Below, piece after piece: positions 42,335-52,626 of a stretch of 64,000 nt of DNA. Location: positions 19,090 to 83,089 of the forward strand of contig NZ_CAXIQN010000022.1 of NCBI RefSeq assembly GCF_964031615.1, written 5' to 3'. Below the pieces are notes generated by a model, which worked only from the letters and a program-made list of their open reading frames with translations, was not told the DNA's origin and made no database searches. The position numbers and the translations under genes are program-made. The DNA is from Duganella fentianensis. GTDB lineage: Bacteria; Pseudomonadota; Gammaproteobacteria; Burkholderiales; Burkholderiaceae_D. Within the stretch, counting starts at the first letter, position 1; each line of letters opens with the position of its first letter.

Positions 42335-43999
42335 ATGGAACCATGGCATCACTTCCGCCGCACGCTGATCTGGCTGGCACTGGCGGCCTCGCTGCTGGCC
42401 TGCTCGTCAGGCAGCGAGGCACCGCCAGCCGCTTCGGCCGGACAGGTCAAGCCCGTGGCCGGCGCGCAGATGAGTTTCTACGCCGCCTCGCGCGCGGCCG
42501 AGCAGGTCAGCTTCGGACCGACCCCGGCACTGGTGGCTGAACTGCAGCAGAAAGGGCTGGCCGCATGGATCGATGCCCAGTTCGCGCTGCCACCTACCAC
42601 TACGGCGGCGCCGCAGTGGGTGCGCTATTTCGATGGCAGTAATGATCTGGCCAGTAGCCGCGCCAATAATTATCCGGCCGAACAGTTCTGGTTGCGCGCG
42701 CTGACGGCGCCGGACCAGTTGCGCCAGCGGGTCGCCTGGGCGGTGTTCGAGTACATCCCCGTTGCGCCCGGGCAGCCGAATGGCGTGCTGCAGTACTACA
42801 ACATGCTGCTCAATAATACCTTCGGCACCTACAGCCAGTTGCTGCGCGAAGTGACGCTGCAGCCCATGATGGGCTTCTATCTGAACAACGAGCTGAATCG
42901 TCCGCCTTCGCCCCAGTGTCTGGGCTGCACGCCGAATGAAAACTATGCGCGCGAGCTGATGCAGCTGTTCACCATCGGCGTGGTGCAACTCAATAGCGAC
43001 GGCAGCGTGATCCGCGATGCGAGCGGCAAGCCGCGCGAGACCTATACCCAGAAAGACGTGGAAGCGCTGGCACGCGCGCTGACGGGCTGGCGCAATCCGT
43101 GGGATACCGAGCCGGACGGCAAGATGGCGAATTTCGACCAGCACATGACGCCCGAGCCGGAGTCCTTCCTGCATGATAGCAGTGCCAAAGTGGTGATGGG
43201 GCGCAGCATCGCGGCCGGTCTGAGTGCCGACGCCGAAGTCGATGCCGTGATCGCGCTGCTGATGCAGCATCCGAATATCGCCCCGTTTGTCAGCCTGCGG
43301 CTAATCCAGCATCTGGTGGCCAGCAATCCGTCGCCAGCCTATCTGGCCCGTGTCAGCGCCGTGTTCCGCGATAATGGCAAGGGCGTGGCAGGCGATATGA
43401 AGGCGGTCGTAAAAGCCATCCTGCTCGACCCGGAAGCGCGCGCCGGTGATGTGCCGGGCCAACAGACCCGTCAGTTCGGCAAGTTCCGCGAACCCGTGCA
43501 GTGGTTCAGTGCCATGCTGCGCGGTCTGGGCTGCCGTGCACCGCTGTATGGTAGCGGCGACCTGAGCGGCGGCGTAGTGAACACGCCGGGGCAGTCGCCT
43601 ACCAATCCGCCGAATATCTTCTCGTTCTATCAGGCCACCGATCGTGTACCGGGTAGCAATCTGCTGGCGCCCGAACAGAAAATCGTCGGCACCATGGAAT
43701 TGAATAGCCGTTTCGGCATCCTGAACTGGAATCTGCTTGACCCCAACAATCTGGCCAGTGCCAGCAACCGTGCCAATAGCGGCTGCGATGTGACGACCCC
43801 GGGCAAGCTGCTGCAGAGCGATCCCGCCGCGTTTCTGGACTGGGTCAGCCAGCGCTGGTTCCGCGGCGCCATGCCGCCCACCTTGCGCAGCAAAATGGCC
43901 AGTCTGCAGCAGTCGTCCACTTATGGCACTAGCGAAGAGCTGGCGCTGACCATGATCCAGTTTGCGCTGGCCAGTCCCTATTACGGAGCGATGCGATGA
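42335..43999 (+). CDS. DUF1800 family lipoprotein
   Basis: LLAC lipobox; DQLRQRVAWA, NENYARELMQLFTIG, HPNIAPF, KFREP; AAGGA RBS favours ATG 42335. Confidence 0.9.
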   Translation: MEPWHHFRRTLIWLALAASLLACSSGSEAPPAASAGQVKPVAGAQMSFYAASRAAEQVSFGPTPALVAELQQKGLAAWIDAQFALPPTTTAAPQWVRYFDGSNDLASSRANNYPAEQFWLRALTAPDQLRQRVAWAVFEYIPVAPGQPNGVLQYYNMLLNNTFGTYSQLLREVTLQPMMGFYLNNELNRPPSPQCLGCTPNENYARELMQLFTIGVVQLNSDGSVIRDASGKPRETYTQKDVEALARALTGWRNPWDTEPDGKMANFDQHMTPEPESFLHDSSAKVVMGRSIAAGLSADAEVDAVIALLMQHPNIAPFVSLRLIQHLVASNPSPAYLARVSAVFRDNGKGVAGDMKAVVKAILLDPEARAGDVPGQQTRQFGKFREPVQWFSAMLRGLGCRAPLYGSGDLSGGVVNTPGQSPTNPPNIFSFYQATDRVPGSNLLAPEQKIVGTMELNSRFGILNWNLLDPNNLASASNRANSGCDVTTPGKLLQSDPAAFLDWVSQRWFRGAMPPTLRSKMASLQQSSTYGTSEELALTMIQFALASPYYGAMR

Positions 44000-45339
44000 A
44001 ACGACGCGATTTTCTGCGGGCCGGTGCGGCACTCGGTGGTGGCGGCCTGCTGGGGGCGCTAGGGCTGGGCCATGCAGCCGGCAGCGGCGACTACAAGGCG
44101 CTGGTGTATCTGTATCTGGGCGGCGGCAACGATGGCAATAACACCCTGATTCCCACTGACGCCGCCTATGACGATTATGCCGCTGCGCGGCCGATACTGG
44201 CGCTGCCGAAAGAATCGCTGGCGCCACTGAGCGGCAGCAGCGCCGGCCACACTTTCGGCCTGCATCCGGCACTGGCGCCGCTGGCGGAACTGTACAACCA
44301 GAAACGGCTGGCATGGATTGCCAACGCCGGCCCGCTGATCGTGCCCAGCACGGCCGAGCAGGTGATCAATAACGCCGTGCCGCTGCCGCCATTCCTGATG
44401 TCGCATAGCGATCAGACCGCCATGCAGCAGGGCTGGGGCGGCGACGCCGATGTCAGCGGCTGGGGCGGCCGGGCGCTGGAGCAGTTGCCGGCCAGTCTGC
44501 TGAATCCGCTGCGCGCCATGACTATGAGTGGCGATCGTACGCTGGTACTGGGTCGTAATTCGCCGGTCTCGCTGATGACGTCGGGCGGCATGCAGTACTG
44601 GGGCCGTGCCGATCTGGCCCAGCCGCAGTCGGAATGGACGCAGGCGCTGAACAGCATGGCGCACTGGCAGTTCGCCAATGATTACGAAACTGGCTTCGCC
44701 CGCAACTTCGGCACCAGCGTCGATGATGCGACCTTGCTGGTGAAAGTGCTGGCCAGTGCGCAGGCGCCCAAAGCCGATTTCGGCACCGGCTATCTGGCAG
44801 ACAATCTGCGTTCGCTGGCTTCGGTGCTGCCGGTCTTCAAAGCCATGGGTTACCGGCGCCAGATCTTTCTGGTCAGCTGGGGCAGTTTCGATACCCACTA
44901 TGGCCAGCGCGGTAGCGCGGCCCGCACGCAGGATGCCCAGCTGGCGCTGGTCGGCAAGGCGGTGGCGGCGTTCGATCAGGCCAATCGCGCCGCCGGTCTG
45001 GATAGCGATGTAACCACCCTGATGATGAGCGACTTTGGCCGTACCTTGCGGCCCGCTTCCGGTGCCGGTTCCGACCATGCCTGGGGCAATCACTGGTTTG
45101 CACTGGGCGGCGCGGTGGCCGGTGGTCAGGTGTTCGGCCAGTTCCCTAGTCTGGTACTGGGCGGGCGCGACGATGCTGACCCCGGTGGCGGTGGCCGTAT
45201 GGTGCCCACCACCAGCACCGAGCAGGTGGCTTCCACCGTAATGCAGTGGATGGGGCTGCCCGCATCCTCGCTGCCTGCGGTATTCCCCAATCTGGCGAAT
45301 TTCAGTTCATCCCAGCTGGGATTCCTTCGTGCTAGCTAA
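43996..45339 (+). CDS. DUF1501 family protein with Tat signal
   Basis: KRRDFL; LYLGGGND, GLHP, SHSDQ, FDTH, SDFGRT, DHAWG; ATGA overlap. Confidence 0.9.
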   Translation: MKRRDFLRAGAALGGGGLLGALGLGHAAGSGDYKALVYLYLGGGNDGNNTLIPTDAAYDDYAAARPILALPKESLAPLSGSSAGHTFGLHPALAPLAELYNQKRLAWIANAGPLIVPSTAEQVINNAVPLPPFLMSHSDQTAMQQGWGGDADVSGWGGRALEQLPASLLNPLRAMTMSGDRTLVLGRNSPVSLMTSGGMQYWGRADLAQPQSEWTQALNSMAHWQFANDYETGFARNFGTSVDDATLLVKVLASAQAPKADFGTGYLADNLRSLASVLPVFKAMGYRRQIFLVSWGSFDTHYGQRGSAARTQDAQLALVGKAVAAFDQANRAAGLDSDVTTLMMSDFGRTLRPASGAGSDHAWGNHWFALGGAVAGGQVFGQFPSLVLGGRDDADPGGGGRMVPTTSTEQVASTVMQWMGLPASSLPAVFPNLANFSSSQLGFLRAS

Positions 45340-45359
45340 CCTGCGGTAGAGAGAACATC

Positions 45360-47414
45360 ATGCAAGTCAAAGGCACGGCAGGCGCAGACCTGTACGATCA
45401 GCAGAAACTGGGGATTAACGACTGGGTCGATTACGACGCGCTGGCGGGTGATGACATCATCCGTATGTACAACGGTAATGTAATTCCCGGCGCTGGCAAC
45501 GACACCATAGAGAAATTTGCCGGCAATAGTGGCCAGAAACTGGGGGTGCACTACTGGGATGCACCGGCCGGCGTGGTGGTCGATCTGGCCGCCGGTACAG
45601 CGCAGGATGGCTGGGGCGGCACCGATAAACTGATCAATGTCGACGATGTGTCGGGCGGTGGTTATGCCGACCGCCTGTACGGTTCTGCCGGCGATAACCA
45701 GTTCTCGCCCGGTGGCGGGCACGACATCGTGGACGGACGGGGCGGCACCGACACGGTGATACTGCCGTGGGTGGCCGGCCATGTGGCGACGCTGGCCGAT
45801 CTGCAGATCAGCGTTTCGCTCGATGGGACCCATGCCATGATTACGGCGCCTGCCGATAGCGGGTTTTCGCTCGAACTGAGCAACGTGGAGAAAATCGCCC
45901 TCAACTGGGATCAGCCACGTTTGCTGCTGACGGATTTCATCACGCCCCAGCAGATTGCCCAGCAGGCCATTGCGGCTGGTACGGCGCTGCGCTGGAATGC
46001 TGCGGCGGTACTGGGCAGCAGCGTCACGGTCAGCTACAGCTTTGTAACGACCGCACCGGCCAGCGGAGTCGGTGCCAGCGGTTTCCGCGCCTTCACGGCC
46101 GCCGAGCAGCAGGTGGTACGCAAGCTGCTGGCCGATACCAGCGCACTGTGCGGCATTACCTTTAGCGAAGTGAGCGACAGCAGCACCAGCCATGGCCAGA
46201 TCCGCTTCGGCGTCAGCCAGCAGGCCAGCACAGAAGGGGTGGCATGGCTGCCCAACCAGAGCGGTGCCGGTGATCTGGCCGGTGACGTGTGGATGGACGT
46301 GGAATCGATGGCTAACCTGACGGCCGGTAGCGAAGGCTATGCGGCACTGCTGCACGAGCTGGGCCATGCGCTGGGCTTGCGCCATCCCACCAACAGCGAT
46401 GCCGCGGATGCGTGGAGCAATGTGGTGGCGGCCGGTTTTAATAGCAAGCAGTTGTCGGTGATGGCATCGACGGCGTCTGGCGACGGTCTGTTCCGCAGCG
46501 ACTGGGGACAGTACGATGTGCTGGCGTTGCGCTACCTGTACGGCAGCACGCTGCACGGGGGCGGCGATGACAATTACCAGCTGGGCGCGGCCAGCAGCAC
46601 CACCGTGACGCTGACCGACGATGGCGGCACTGATAGCATCGATGCGTCGGCCGCCACGCTGGGCGTGCAGATCAGTCTGGTACCGGGCAGTCTGTCCAGC
46701 ATCGGACTCACGCCGCAGGGCGTGGCCGCTGTCAACAATGTGGCGATAGTCGCGACTAGCTGGATCGAGCAGGCCATCGGTTCGCGCTATGACGATGTGA
46801 TCACGGGGAACGAGCGCGACAATCTGTTGCAGGGCAATGGCGGCAACGATGTGATCGACGGCGGTGCGGGGCGCGATACCGTGCGCTTTGCCGGCAAGCT
46901 GGCCGACTACACGCTGGCCACCAGCTTTGGCAATTTGCAGGTGACGGCCAAAGACGGCATCTCCGGCTTCGCCACGCTGAGCAATGTGGAGCGCGTACAG
47001 TTTGCCGACCAGAGCATGGCGTTCGATATCAGCGGCACGGCGGGCAAAGCTTACCGCATCTATCAGGCAGCGTTTGACCGCACGCCCGATGCGAGCGGTC
47101 TGGGCTTCTGGATCAGCGTGATGGACAAGGGCTATGCACTGGTGGACGTGGCCGATGCTTTCATCAAGTCAGACGAGTTCGTCGCCCTGTATGGCGCCCA
47201 GCCCAGCAACGCTGATCTGCTCACCCACATCTACCAGAACGTGCTGCACCGTACGCCGGATGCGGGTGGCTATGCCTTCTGGCTGGGGGTGCTCGACCGC
47301 AATGCCGTCAGCCGTGCGCAGGTGCTGGCCGAGTTCAGTGAAAGTCCCGAAAATCAGGCGGCGCTGATCGGCGTGATCGGCAATGGTTTCAGCTATCAGC
47401 CTTTCGGCGGCTGA
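45360..47414 (+). CDS. Serralysin-like M10 metalloprotease with RTX repeats and C-terminal DUF4214
   Basis: HELGHALGLRH, SVMA Met-turn, GGxGxD repeats, RIYQAAFDRTPD..GL.FW. Confidence 0.88.
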   Translation: MQVKGTAGADLYDQQKLGINDWVDYDALAGDDIIRMYNGNVIPGAGNDTIEKFAGNSGQKLGVHYWDAPAGVVVDLAAGTAQDGWGGTDKLINVDDVSGGGYADRLYGSAGDNQFSPGGGHDIVDGRGGTDTVILPWVAGHVATLADLQISVSLDGTHAMITAPADSGFSLELSNVEKIALNWDQPRLLLTDFITPQQIAQQAIAAGTALRWNAAAVLGSSVTVSYSFVTTAPASGVGASGFRAFTAAEQQVVRKLLADTSALCGITFSEVSDSSTSHGQIRFGVSQQASTEGVAWLPNQSGAGDLAGDVWMDVESMANLTAGSEGYAALLHELGHALGLRHPTNSDAADAWSNVVAAGFNSKQLSVMASTASGDGLFRSDWGQYDVLALRYLYGSTLHGGGDDNYQLGAASSTTVTLTDDGGTDSIDASAATLGVQISLVPGSLSSIGLTPQGVAAVNNVAIVATSWIEQAIGSRYDDVITGNERDNLLQGNGGNDVIDGGAGRDTVRFAGKLADYTLATSFGNLQVTAKDGISGFATLSNVERVQFADQSMAFDISGTAGKAYRIYQAAFDRTPDASGLGFWISVMDKGYALVDVADAFIKSDEFVALYGAQPSNADLLTHIYQNVLHRTPDAGGYAFWLGVLDRNAVSRAQVLAEFSESPENQAALIGVIGNGFSYQPFGG

Positions 47415-47452
47415 GGCTATACTGATGTCCTTGCATAATCTTGGACGTCGTC

Positions 47453-47905
47453 ATGAATTTCCTGCCTTTGTGGCGCAGTGCCGTGCTGGCCTGCGCGCTA
47501 GTTTCCGTTTCGGCCAGTGCCGATAGTCTGGCCTCGTCGGCCTCCGGTGCCAGCTCCGCTTCCAGCGGCAGCGTATCCGATTCGCTGAGCAGCTCCAGCA
47601 ACAGTTCGGGTGGCAACCAGCGCAAAGTGGCTGACGGTCATTACCGCATCATCGATATCGCTGCCACGCCCGGCCAGATCGGCCGTACCCGATTGACGCT
47701 GCAGGGAGAGCAGGCGCAGCAGGTGGTGCTGGATCTGCCGCACAGCACTTTCGCCGCCCAGCAGCTGGCACAGGGCGATAGCATGTATGCGCAGAATCGC
47801 GTGTACGGCATTGAGTTCGGTCGTGCCGACAACCGCCAGCCGTTCTATCTGGTGCTGGCCGATGCATGGTACGGCGAACTGGCCAGCCGCCCAGTCACGC
47901 TCTGA
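47453..47905 (+). CDS. Small exported protein, Ser-rich linker plus beta domain
   Basis: Signal peptide ending ASA-D; stop overlaps next start. Confidence 0.75.
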   Translation: MNFLPLWRSAVLACALVSVSASADSLASSASGASSASSGSVSDSLSSSSNSSGGNQRKVADGHYRIIDIAATPGQIGRTRLTLQGEQAQQVVLDLPHSTFAAQQLAQGDSMYAQNRVYGIEFGRADNRQPFYLVLADAWYGELASRPVTL

Positions 47906-48822
47906 TGCAGTTACGCGCGGCGGCGCTGGCATTGCTGCTGGCGACGGTGAACGCCACGGCTTCGGCTGCAGGCGCTGACTCAGGCTCCGGCTCCGGCCGT
48001 TTCTGCGACCGCACGCTGGCGCTGACGGCGCAGCAGCAGGATCGATTGCTACGCTTTGCTGCCGTGCTGCACGAAGAACTGGCGCTCGACGACGGTATCG
48101 TGCTGCTCAGCCGCTCGGGGCTGGATCTGTCGCGCTTTGCCATCCGCTATTCCCATGCCGCGCTAGGCTGGCGCTCGGAGCAGGGCGTGTGGTCGGCGCG
48201 CCAGCTGTACTACGCCTGCGATGAAGGCCGCCCGCGCATTTTCGATCAGGGTCTGGCCGGCTTTGTGCTCGGCACGGATGATGCTGCACTCGGCTACGTA
48301 TCGCTGGTACGTCTGCCGGCCGATGCCAGTGCCGCACTGCGTGCGGCGCTGCTGGATGCCGAGCGCGTGCAGCAATTGCTGGCACCGCGCTACAGCGCCA
48401 ATGCGTATGCCTACAGCCTGCGCTATCAGAACTGCAATCAGTGGGTGATGGAAATGCTGGCCGCGGGCTGGGGCGCGCTGGCCGCAGGCGATGATCTGCG
48501 CGCACGCGCGCAAGCATGGCTGGCACAGGCGGCGTATGTGCCGCAACCGGTGGAAGTGGGTTCGCGCTGGCTGATGCTGGCGGGACTGTTCGTGCCGCTC
48601 GTGCATCTGGATGATCATCCGGACGAAGCGCGCGCTGCCATGCGCTTGCAGGTCAGCCTGCCGGCCACGGTAGAGCAGTTTGTGCAGCAGCGTTTTCCTG
48701 CCAGTAGCCGAGTGGAACTGTGCCACGATGAACACCAGATCGTGGTGCATCGTGGCTGGTCGCCCATTGCTGCCGCTTGTGTGGCAGGGCCGGACGACCG
48801 TGTGATACCGCTAGCCGATTAG
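47905..48822 (+). CDS. DUF2145 family protein (permuted papain/NlpC-P60-like)
   Basis: LSRSG.DLS, YSHAAL, YQNCNQW; signal peptide. Confidence 0.8.
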   Translation: MQLRAAALALLLATVNATASAAGADSGSGSGRFCDRTLALTAQQQDRLLRFAAVLHEELALDDGIVLLSRSGLDLSRFAIRYSHAALGWRSEQGVWSARQLYYACDEGRPRIFDQGLAGFVLGTDDAALGYVSLVRLPADASAALRAALLDAERVQQLLAPRYSANAYAYSLRYQNCNQWVMEMLAAGWGALAAGDDLRARAQAWLAQAAYVPQPVEVGSRWLMLAGLFVPLVHLDDHPDEARAAMRLQVSLPATVEQFVQQRFPASSRVELCHDEHQIVVHRGWSPIAAACVAGPDDRVIPLAD

Positions 48823-48838
48823 ACTAGCGGCCTCGCAC

Positions 48839-49474
48839 TTAAGCGATTTCGGAAACCAGATGCTCGCGCGAGCGGCGCACTTTTTTCAGGTTGACCAGCC
48901 AGTCGCCATCGTTGGCGCGATAGCCGAGTGGCAGGATCACGACGGAGCGCAGACCGCGCTCTTTCAGACCCAGAATCTCATCCACGGCAGCGGGATCGAA
49001 GCCTTCCATCGGGGTGGCATCGACCTGTTCTTCGGCCGCGGCCACCAGTGCCACGCCCAGTGCGATATAGGCCTGACGGGCGGCCGCGTCGAAGTTGGCC
49101 GCGTCACCGCGGGCGGCAACGATGCCTTTCAGCTGTTTGCGGTAGGCTTCCCAGCCTTCGTTGATGAAGCCGCGCTGTTCGTTGGTCAGGTCGAACATCA
49201 TGTCGATGCGCGCTTCCGTGATATTGTCCCAAGCGGCGAACACCAGCAGGTGCGAAGCTTCCGTCACCTGTGCCTGATTCCATGCCACGGCCTGCATCTG
49301 GGCGCGTTTTTCCGGATTGGAGACCAGCAGCACTTCGAAGGGCTGCAGACCGCTCGAGGTAGGGGCCAGACGGATGGCTTCGAGGATGCGCTCGACCTTG
49401 TCGGCAGCAAGCTTTTTCGAGGCGTCGTATTTTTTGGTGGCGTAGCGCCAGTTCAGTTTGTCAATCAGCGTCAT
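48839..49474 (-). CDS. Nitroreductase family protein
   Basis: WRYATKKYD, LAPTSSGLQP, ATPMEGFD, LPLGYR. Confidence 0.92.
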   Translation of the reverse strand: MTLIDKLNWRYATKKYDASKKLAADKVERILEAIRLAPTSSGLQPFEVLLVSNPEKRAQMQAVAWNQAQVTEASHLLVFAAWDNITEARIDMMFDLTNEQRGFINEGWEAYRKQLKGIVAARGDAANFDAAARQAYIALGVALVAAAEEQVDATPMEGFDPAAVDEILGLKERGLRSVVILPLGYRANDGDWLVNLKKVRRSREHLVSEIA

Positions 49475-49612
49475 GGGTGGTGTTCCTGTGAATGTGTTGT
49501 CAGTCAAAGCAGAACCCGCGCTTTAGCGGGCTCTAGCATAAGACGTTAACATAAATTTTCAGGATGCGCTGAGCAGCCCCGCTTTTTACCGTGGGGCGCA
49601 GGCTGAACTACA

Positions 49613-50569
49613 TCAGGCCAGCGTCTGGCCTTCGAGCGGGAAGCCTTTGATGAACTCGGCAGCAGGCAGGCGCTTGCCGCCCGGTTTCTGCAGCGAAGTC
49701 AGACGCAGTGTGCCCTGACCGCAGGCCACGATGATGCCGTGCTGGGCATCGGCGGCGAGGATCTGGCCCGGCGTGGCCCGACTGTCGGCCGACAGCACTT
49801 CGGCGCCCCACAGCTTGATGTGGACGCCGTTGACGCTGGCATGGGCGCCGGGGAAGGGATTGAAGGCGCGGATCTTGCGATCGAGTTCCACCGCGGACAG
49901 GCTGAAGTCCAGCGCCGCCTCTTCCTTGCTGATCTTGGCGGCGTAATTGACGCCTGCTTCCGGCTGCGGCACGGCTTCCAGTTGGCCATGCTGGAGCTGG
50001 CGCAAGGCCTGTACGATCATCTGGCCGCCCATGGCTGCCAGCTTGTCGTGCAGCGTACCGGTGCTGTCCTGCGCCGTGATGGGCAGGCTTTCCACCAGCA
50101 GCATGGGGCCCGTATCCAGTCCTTCTTCCATCTGCATGATGGTGATGCCGGTTTCCGTATCGCCCGCTTCGATGGCGCGGTGGATGGGCGCGGCGCCGCG
50201 CCAGCGCGGCAGCAGCGAACCGTGGATGTTCAGGCAGGGCTTGATGTCCAGTGTGCTGCGCGGCAGGATCAGGCCGTAGGCCGCCACCACCATCACATCA
50301 TAAGGCGTGGCCAGCAGGCGCTCGTGTGCGGCCTTGGCCTGTTCGGCGCGCACCGGATCAGGGCTATCCATGCGAAGCGACAGCGGCTGCAGCACTTCCA
50401 TGCCATGCGCCACGGCGTACTGCTTGACGGCGGATGGCTGCAGATGCATGCCGCGTCCGGCCGGACGGTCGGGCTGGGTCAGCACCAGCGGAATTTCAAA
50501 ACCGGCCTCGTGCAAAGCTTGCAGGGCCACGGCGGCAAATTCCGGCGTGCCGGCGAAAATCACTTTCAT
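49613..50569 (-). CDS. fmt: Methionyl-tRNA formyltransferase
   Basis: [37 protein letters not shown]. Confidence 0.98.
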   Translation of the reverse strand: MKVIFAGTPEFAAVALQALHEAGFEIPLVLTQPDRPAGRGMHLQPSAVKQYAVAHGMEVLQPLSLRMDSPDPVRAEQAKAAHERLLATPYDVMVVAAYGLILPRSTLDIKPCLNIHGSLLPRWRGAAPIHRAIEAGDTETGITIMQMEEGLDTGPMLLVESLPITAQDSTGTLHDKLAAMGGQMIVQALRQLQHGQLEAVPQPEAGVNYAAKISKEEAALDFSLSAVELDRKIRAFNPFPGAHASVNGVHIKLWGAEVLSADSRATPGQILAADAQHGIIVACGQGTLRLTSLQKPGGKRLPAAEFIKGFPLEGQTLA

Positions 50570-50620
50570 GCGGGATTCCTGATCGATAACGTATCGGTAG
50601 CGTAAGTCGCGAGCACCCGC

Positions 50621-51163
50621 TTAGAAGCGGCGGCCTTGGGCGCGCAGCTGGGCCGCACGCTCCATGCCGCGCTCTTCCTTCAGCAGCTTGGTCTTGATGC
50701 GGTTGCGCTTGAGTGGCGACAGGTATTCGACAAAGACTTTACCTTTCAGGTGATCCATTTCGTGCTGGATGCACACGGCCAGCAGGCCATCGGCTTCCAG
50801 TTCGAACGACTGGCCCTTGGCATCCTGTGCGCGCACTTTGACGCGGGCAGGGCGCTCGACGCCGTCGTAAATGCCGGGCACGGACAGGCAGCCTTCGTCA
50901 TACACTTCGCGCTCTTCGCTGGCCCAGATGATTTCCGGATTGATGAACACTTGCAGTGCATCTTTGGTTTCGGTGGTATCGATCACCACCACCTGCTCGT
51001 GCACGTCTACCTGCGACGCGGCCAGACCTACGCCCGGTGCGTCGTACATGGTCTCGGCCATGTCGGCCACCAGTTGTTCCAGACGCGCGTCGAACACGGT
51101 CACAGGCTGGGCCACCTTGTGCAGGCGGGGATCGGGGTAACGCAGAATATTCAGGATAGCCAT
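50621..51163 (-). CDS. def: Peptide deformylase
   Basis: [19 protein letters not shown]. Confidence 0.97.
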   Translation of the reverse strand: MAILNILRYPDPRLHKVAQPVTVFDARLEQLVADMAETMYDAPGVGLAASQVDVHEQVVVIDTTETKDALQVFINPEIIWASEEREVYDEGCLSVPGIYDGVERPARVKVRAQDAKGQSFELEADGLLAVCIQHEMDHLKGKVFVEYLSPLKRNRIKTKLLKEERGMERAAQLRAQGRRF

Positions 51164-51188
51164 AAAGGGTCGGTAACTCTCGAGGTAA

Positions 51189-51204
51189 TACGACAGCTGT
51201 CGTA
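51189..51204. promoter_or_regulatory. Perfect 16-bp palindrome upstream of def
   Basis: TACGACAGCTGTCGTA, 26-41 nt before the def ATG. Confidence 0.45.
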
Positions 51205-51462
51205 GTTGATAACTATGTGGTTGCCTTGATAACGCGGGCGGCAGTAACGGCACATCGCACTATGTTTATTGACCCGAAATGCAACACAGAGACACGGTGG
51301 TTTCGCTTGCTAGTTCAGGGTTTTGTGGGCAGAATTTGATTCAATTTGGCAACTTCAGCGACCTGTCTGGTGTAACGGCAGGAAGCTGTTTGCGGTGTGT
51401 GCCTGAGGCAGGTCGCGCAGCTAGTCGCGCAGGTCGAGCGGGCACACTTACTGGATCTCACT

Positions 51463-52626
51463 ATGAAAAATTTTAGCACAGTCGGCCCCCGCTTAGCACG
51501 GACCGCGCGTCGCACGAGCCGCTGGACGTTCAACTCTCGCGCGCTGCTGGCCACGCTGGCGCTAGCCGGCAGCAGCTTGCAGGCTCCCGTCCATGCAGCG
51601 CCGGCAGCGTGCAGTTTCCGTGCCGATGCGCCGGACCAGCACAAAGTCGTGCGTGGCGATACGCTGTGGGATATCGCTGGCCGCTTCCTCGACCAGCCGT
51701 GGTGCTGGCCTACCGTATGGGGCATGAACCGCGACGAGATTGCCAACCCGCACTGGATCTATCCGGGTCAGATCATCTGGTTCGATCGCGCCGCTGGCCG
51801 TCTGCGGCTGGGCCAGCCGGTAGCTGTCAGCACCGATGATGGCAGCGGACTGGCCAGCGTGCGTCTGCAGCCGCAGGCGCGCGTGCTGGGCGTGGGAAAG
51901 GATGCCATCAGCAGCATCCCCGCCCATGTGATCGAACCGTTCCTGACCCAGCCGCTGATCATCGAAAACGAGGAGCTGACGGGCGCACCGCGCATCGTCG
52001 CCACGCCCGATAACCATGTGTTCATCGGCAAGGACGATAAAGCCTATGTGCGTGGCGCACTGAATGGCGCCACCGCGTTTCAGGCTTTCCGCCCCGGCAA
52101 GCCGCTGAAAGATCCGCAGACGGGACAGGTAATCGCCTATGAAGCCTTCTATCTGGGCACGCTGAGTCTGCAGGCTGAAGCGGCGTCCGGCAGCGATGTG
52201 CATACTTTCATCGTCCAGCATGCCAAGGAAGAAATGGGCAAGGGCGACCAGTTGCGTCCGCTGCCGCCCATGCCCATGCAGAACTTCGTGCCCCATGCAC
52301 CGGCGCAGCCGGTGGCGGCGCGCGTGCTGGCCATTTACGGTGGCGTGAGCCATGCAGGACAGAATCAGGTGGTCAGCATTAATCGCGGCCAGCTTGACGG
52401 AGTCGATATCGGCGCCGTGCTGCAGCTTTACCATACAGGGAAGACTGTGAGCGACGAGACGGCGCCGAAAAGCTGGCTCGGTTTGCGTACACAGCAGGTC
52501 AAGTTGCCGGATGAAAAGGTGGGCAACCTGTTTATTTTCCGCGTGTTCAAGCATGTGTCGTATGGCCTGATCATGCAGGTGTCGGCGCCAGTGGAGGTGG
52601 GCGACTACGCCAGATCACCCGAGTGA
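51463..52626 (+). CDS. LysM domain protein (def-divergent, upstream of dprA)
   Basis: VVRGDTLWDIA...W..NPHWIYPGQ. Confidence 0.9.
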   Translation: MKNFSTVGPRLARTARRTSRWTFNSRALLATLALAGSSLQAPVHAAPAACSFRADAPDQHKVVRGDTLWDIAGRFLDQPWCWPTVWGMNRDEIANPHWIYPGQIIWFDRAAGRLRLGQPVAVSTDDGSGLASVRLQPQARVLGVGKDAISSIPAHVIEPFLTQPLIIENEELTGAPRIVATPDNHVFIGKDDKAYVRGALNGATAFQAFRPGKPLKDPQTGQVIAYEAFYLGTLSLQAEAASGSDVHTFIVQHAKEEMGKGDQLRPLPPMPMQNFVPHAPAQPVAARVLAIYGGVSHAGQNQVVSINRGQLDGVDIGAVLQLYHTGKTVSDETAPKSWLGLRTQQVKLPDEKVGNLFIFRVFKHVSYGLIMQVSAPVEVGDYARSPE

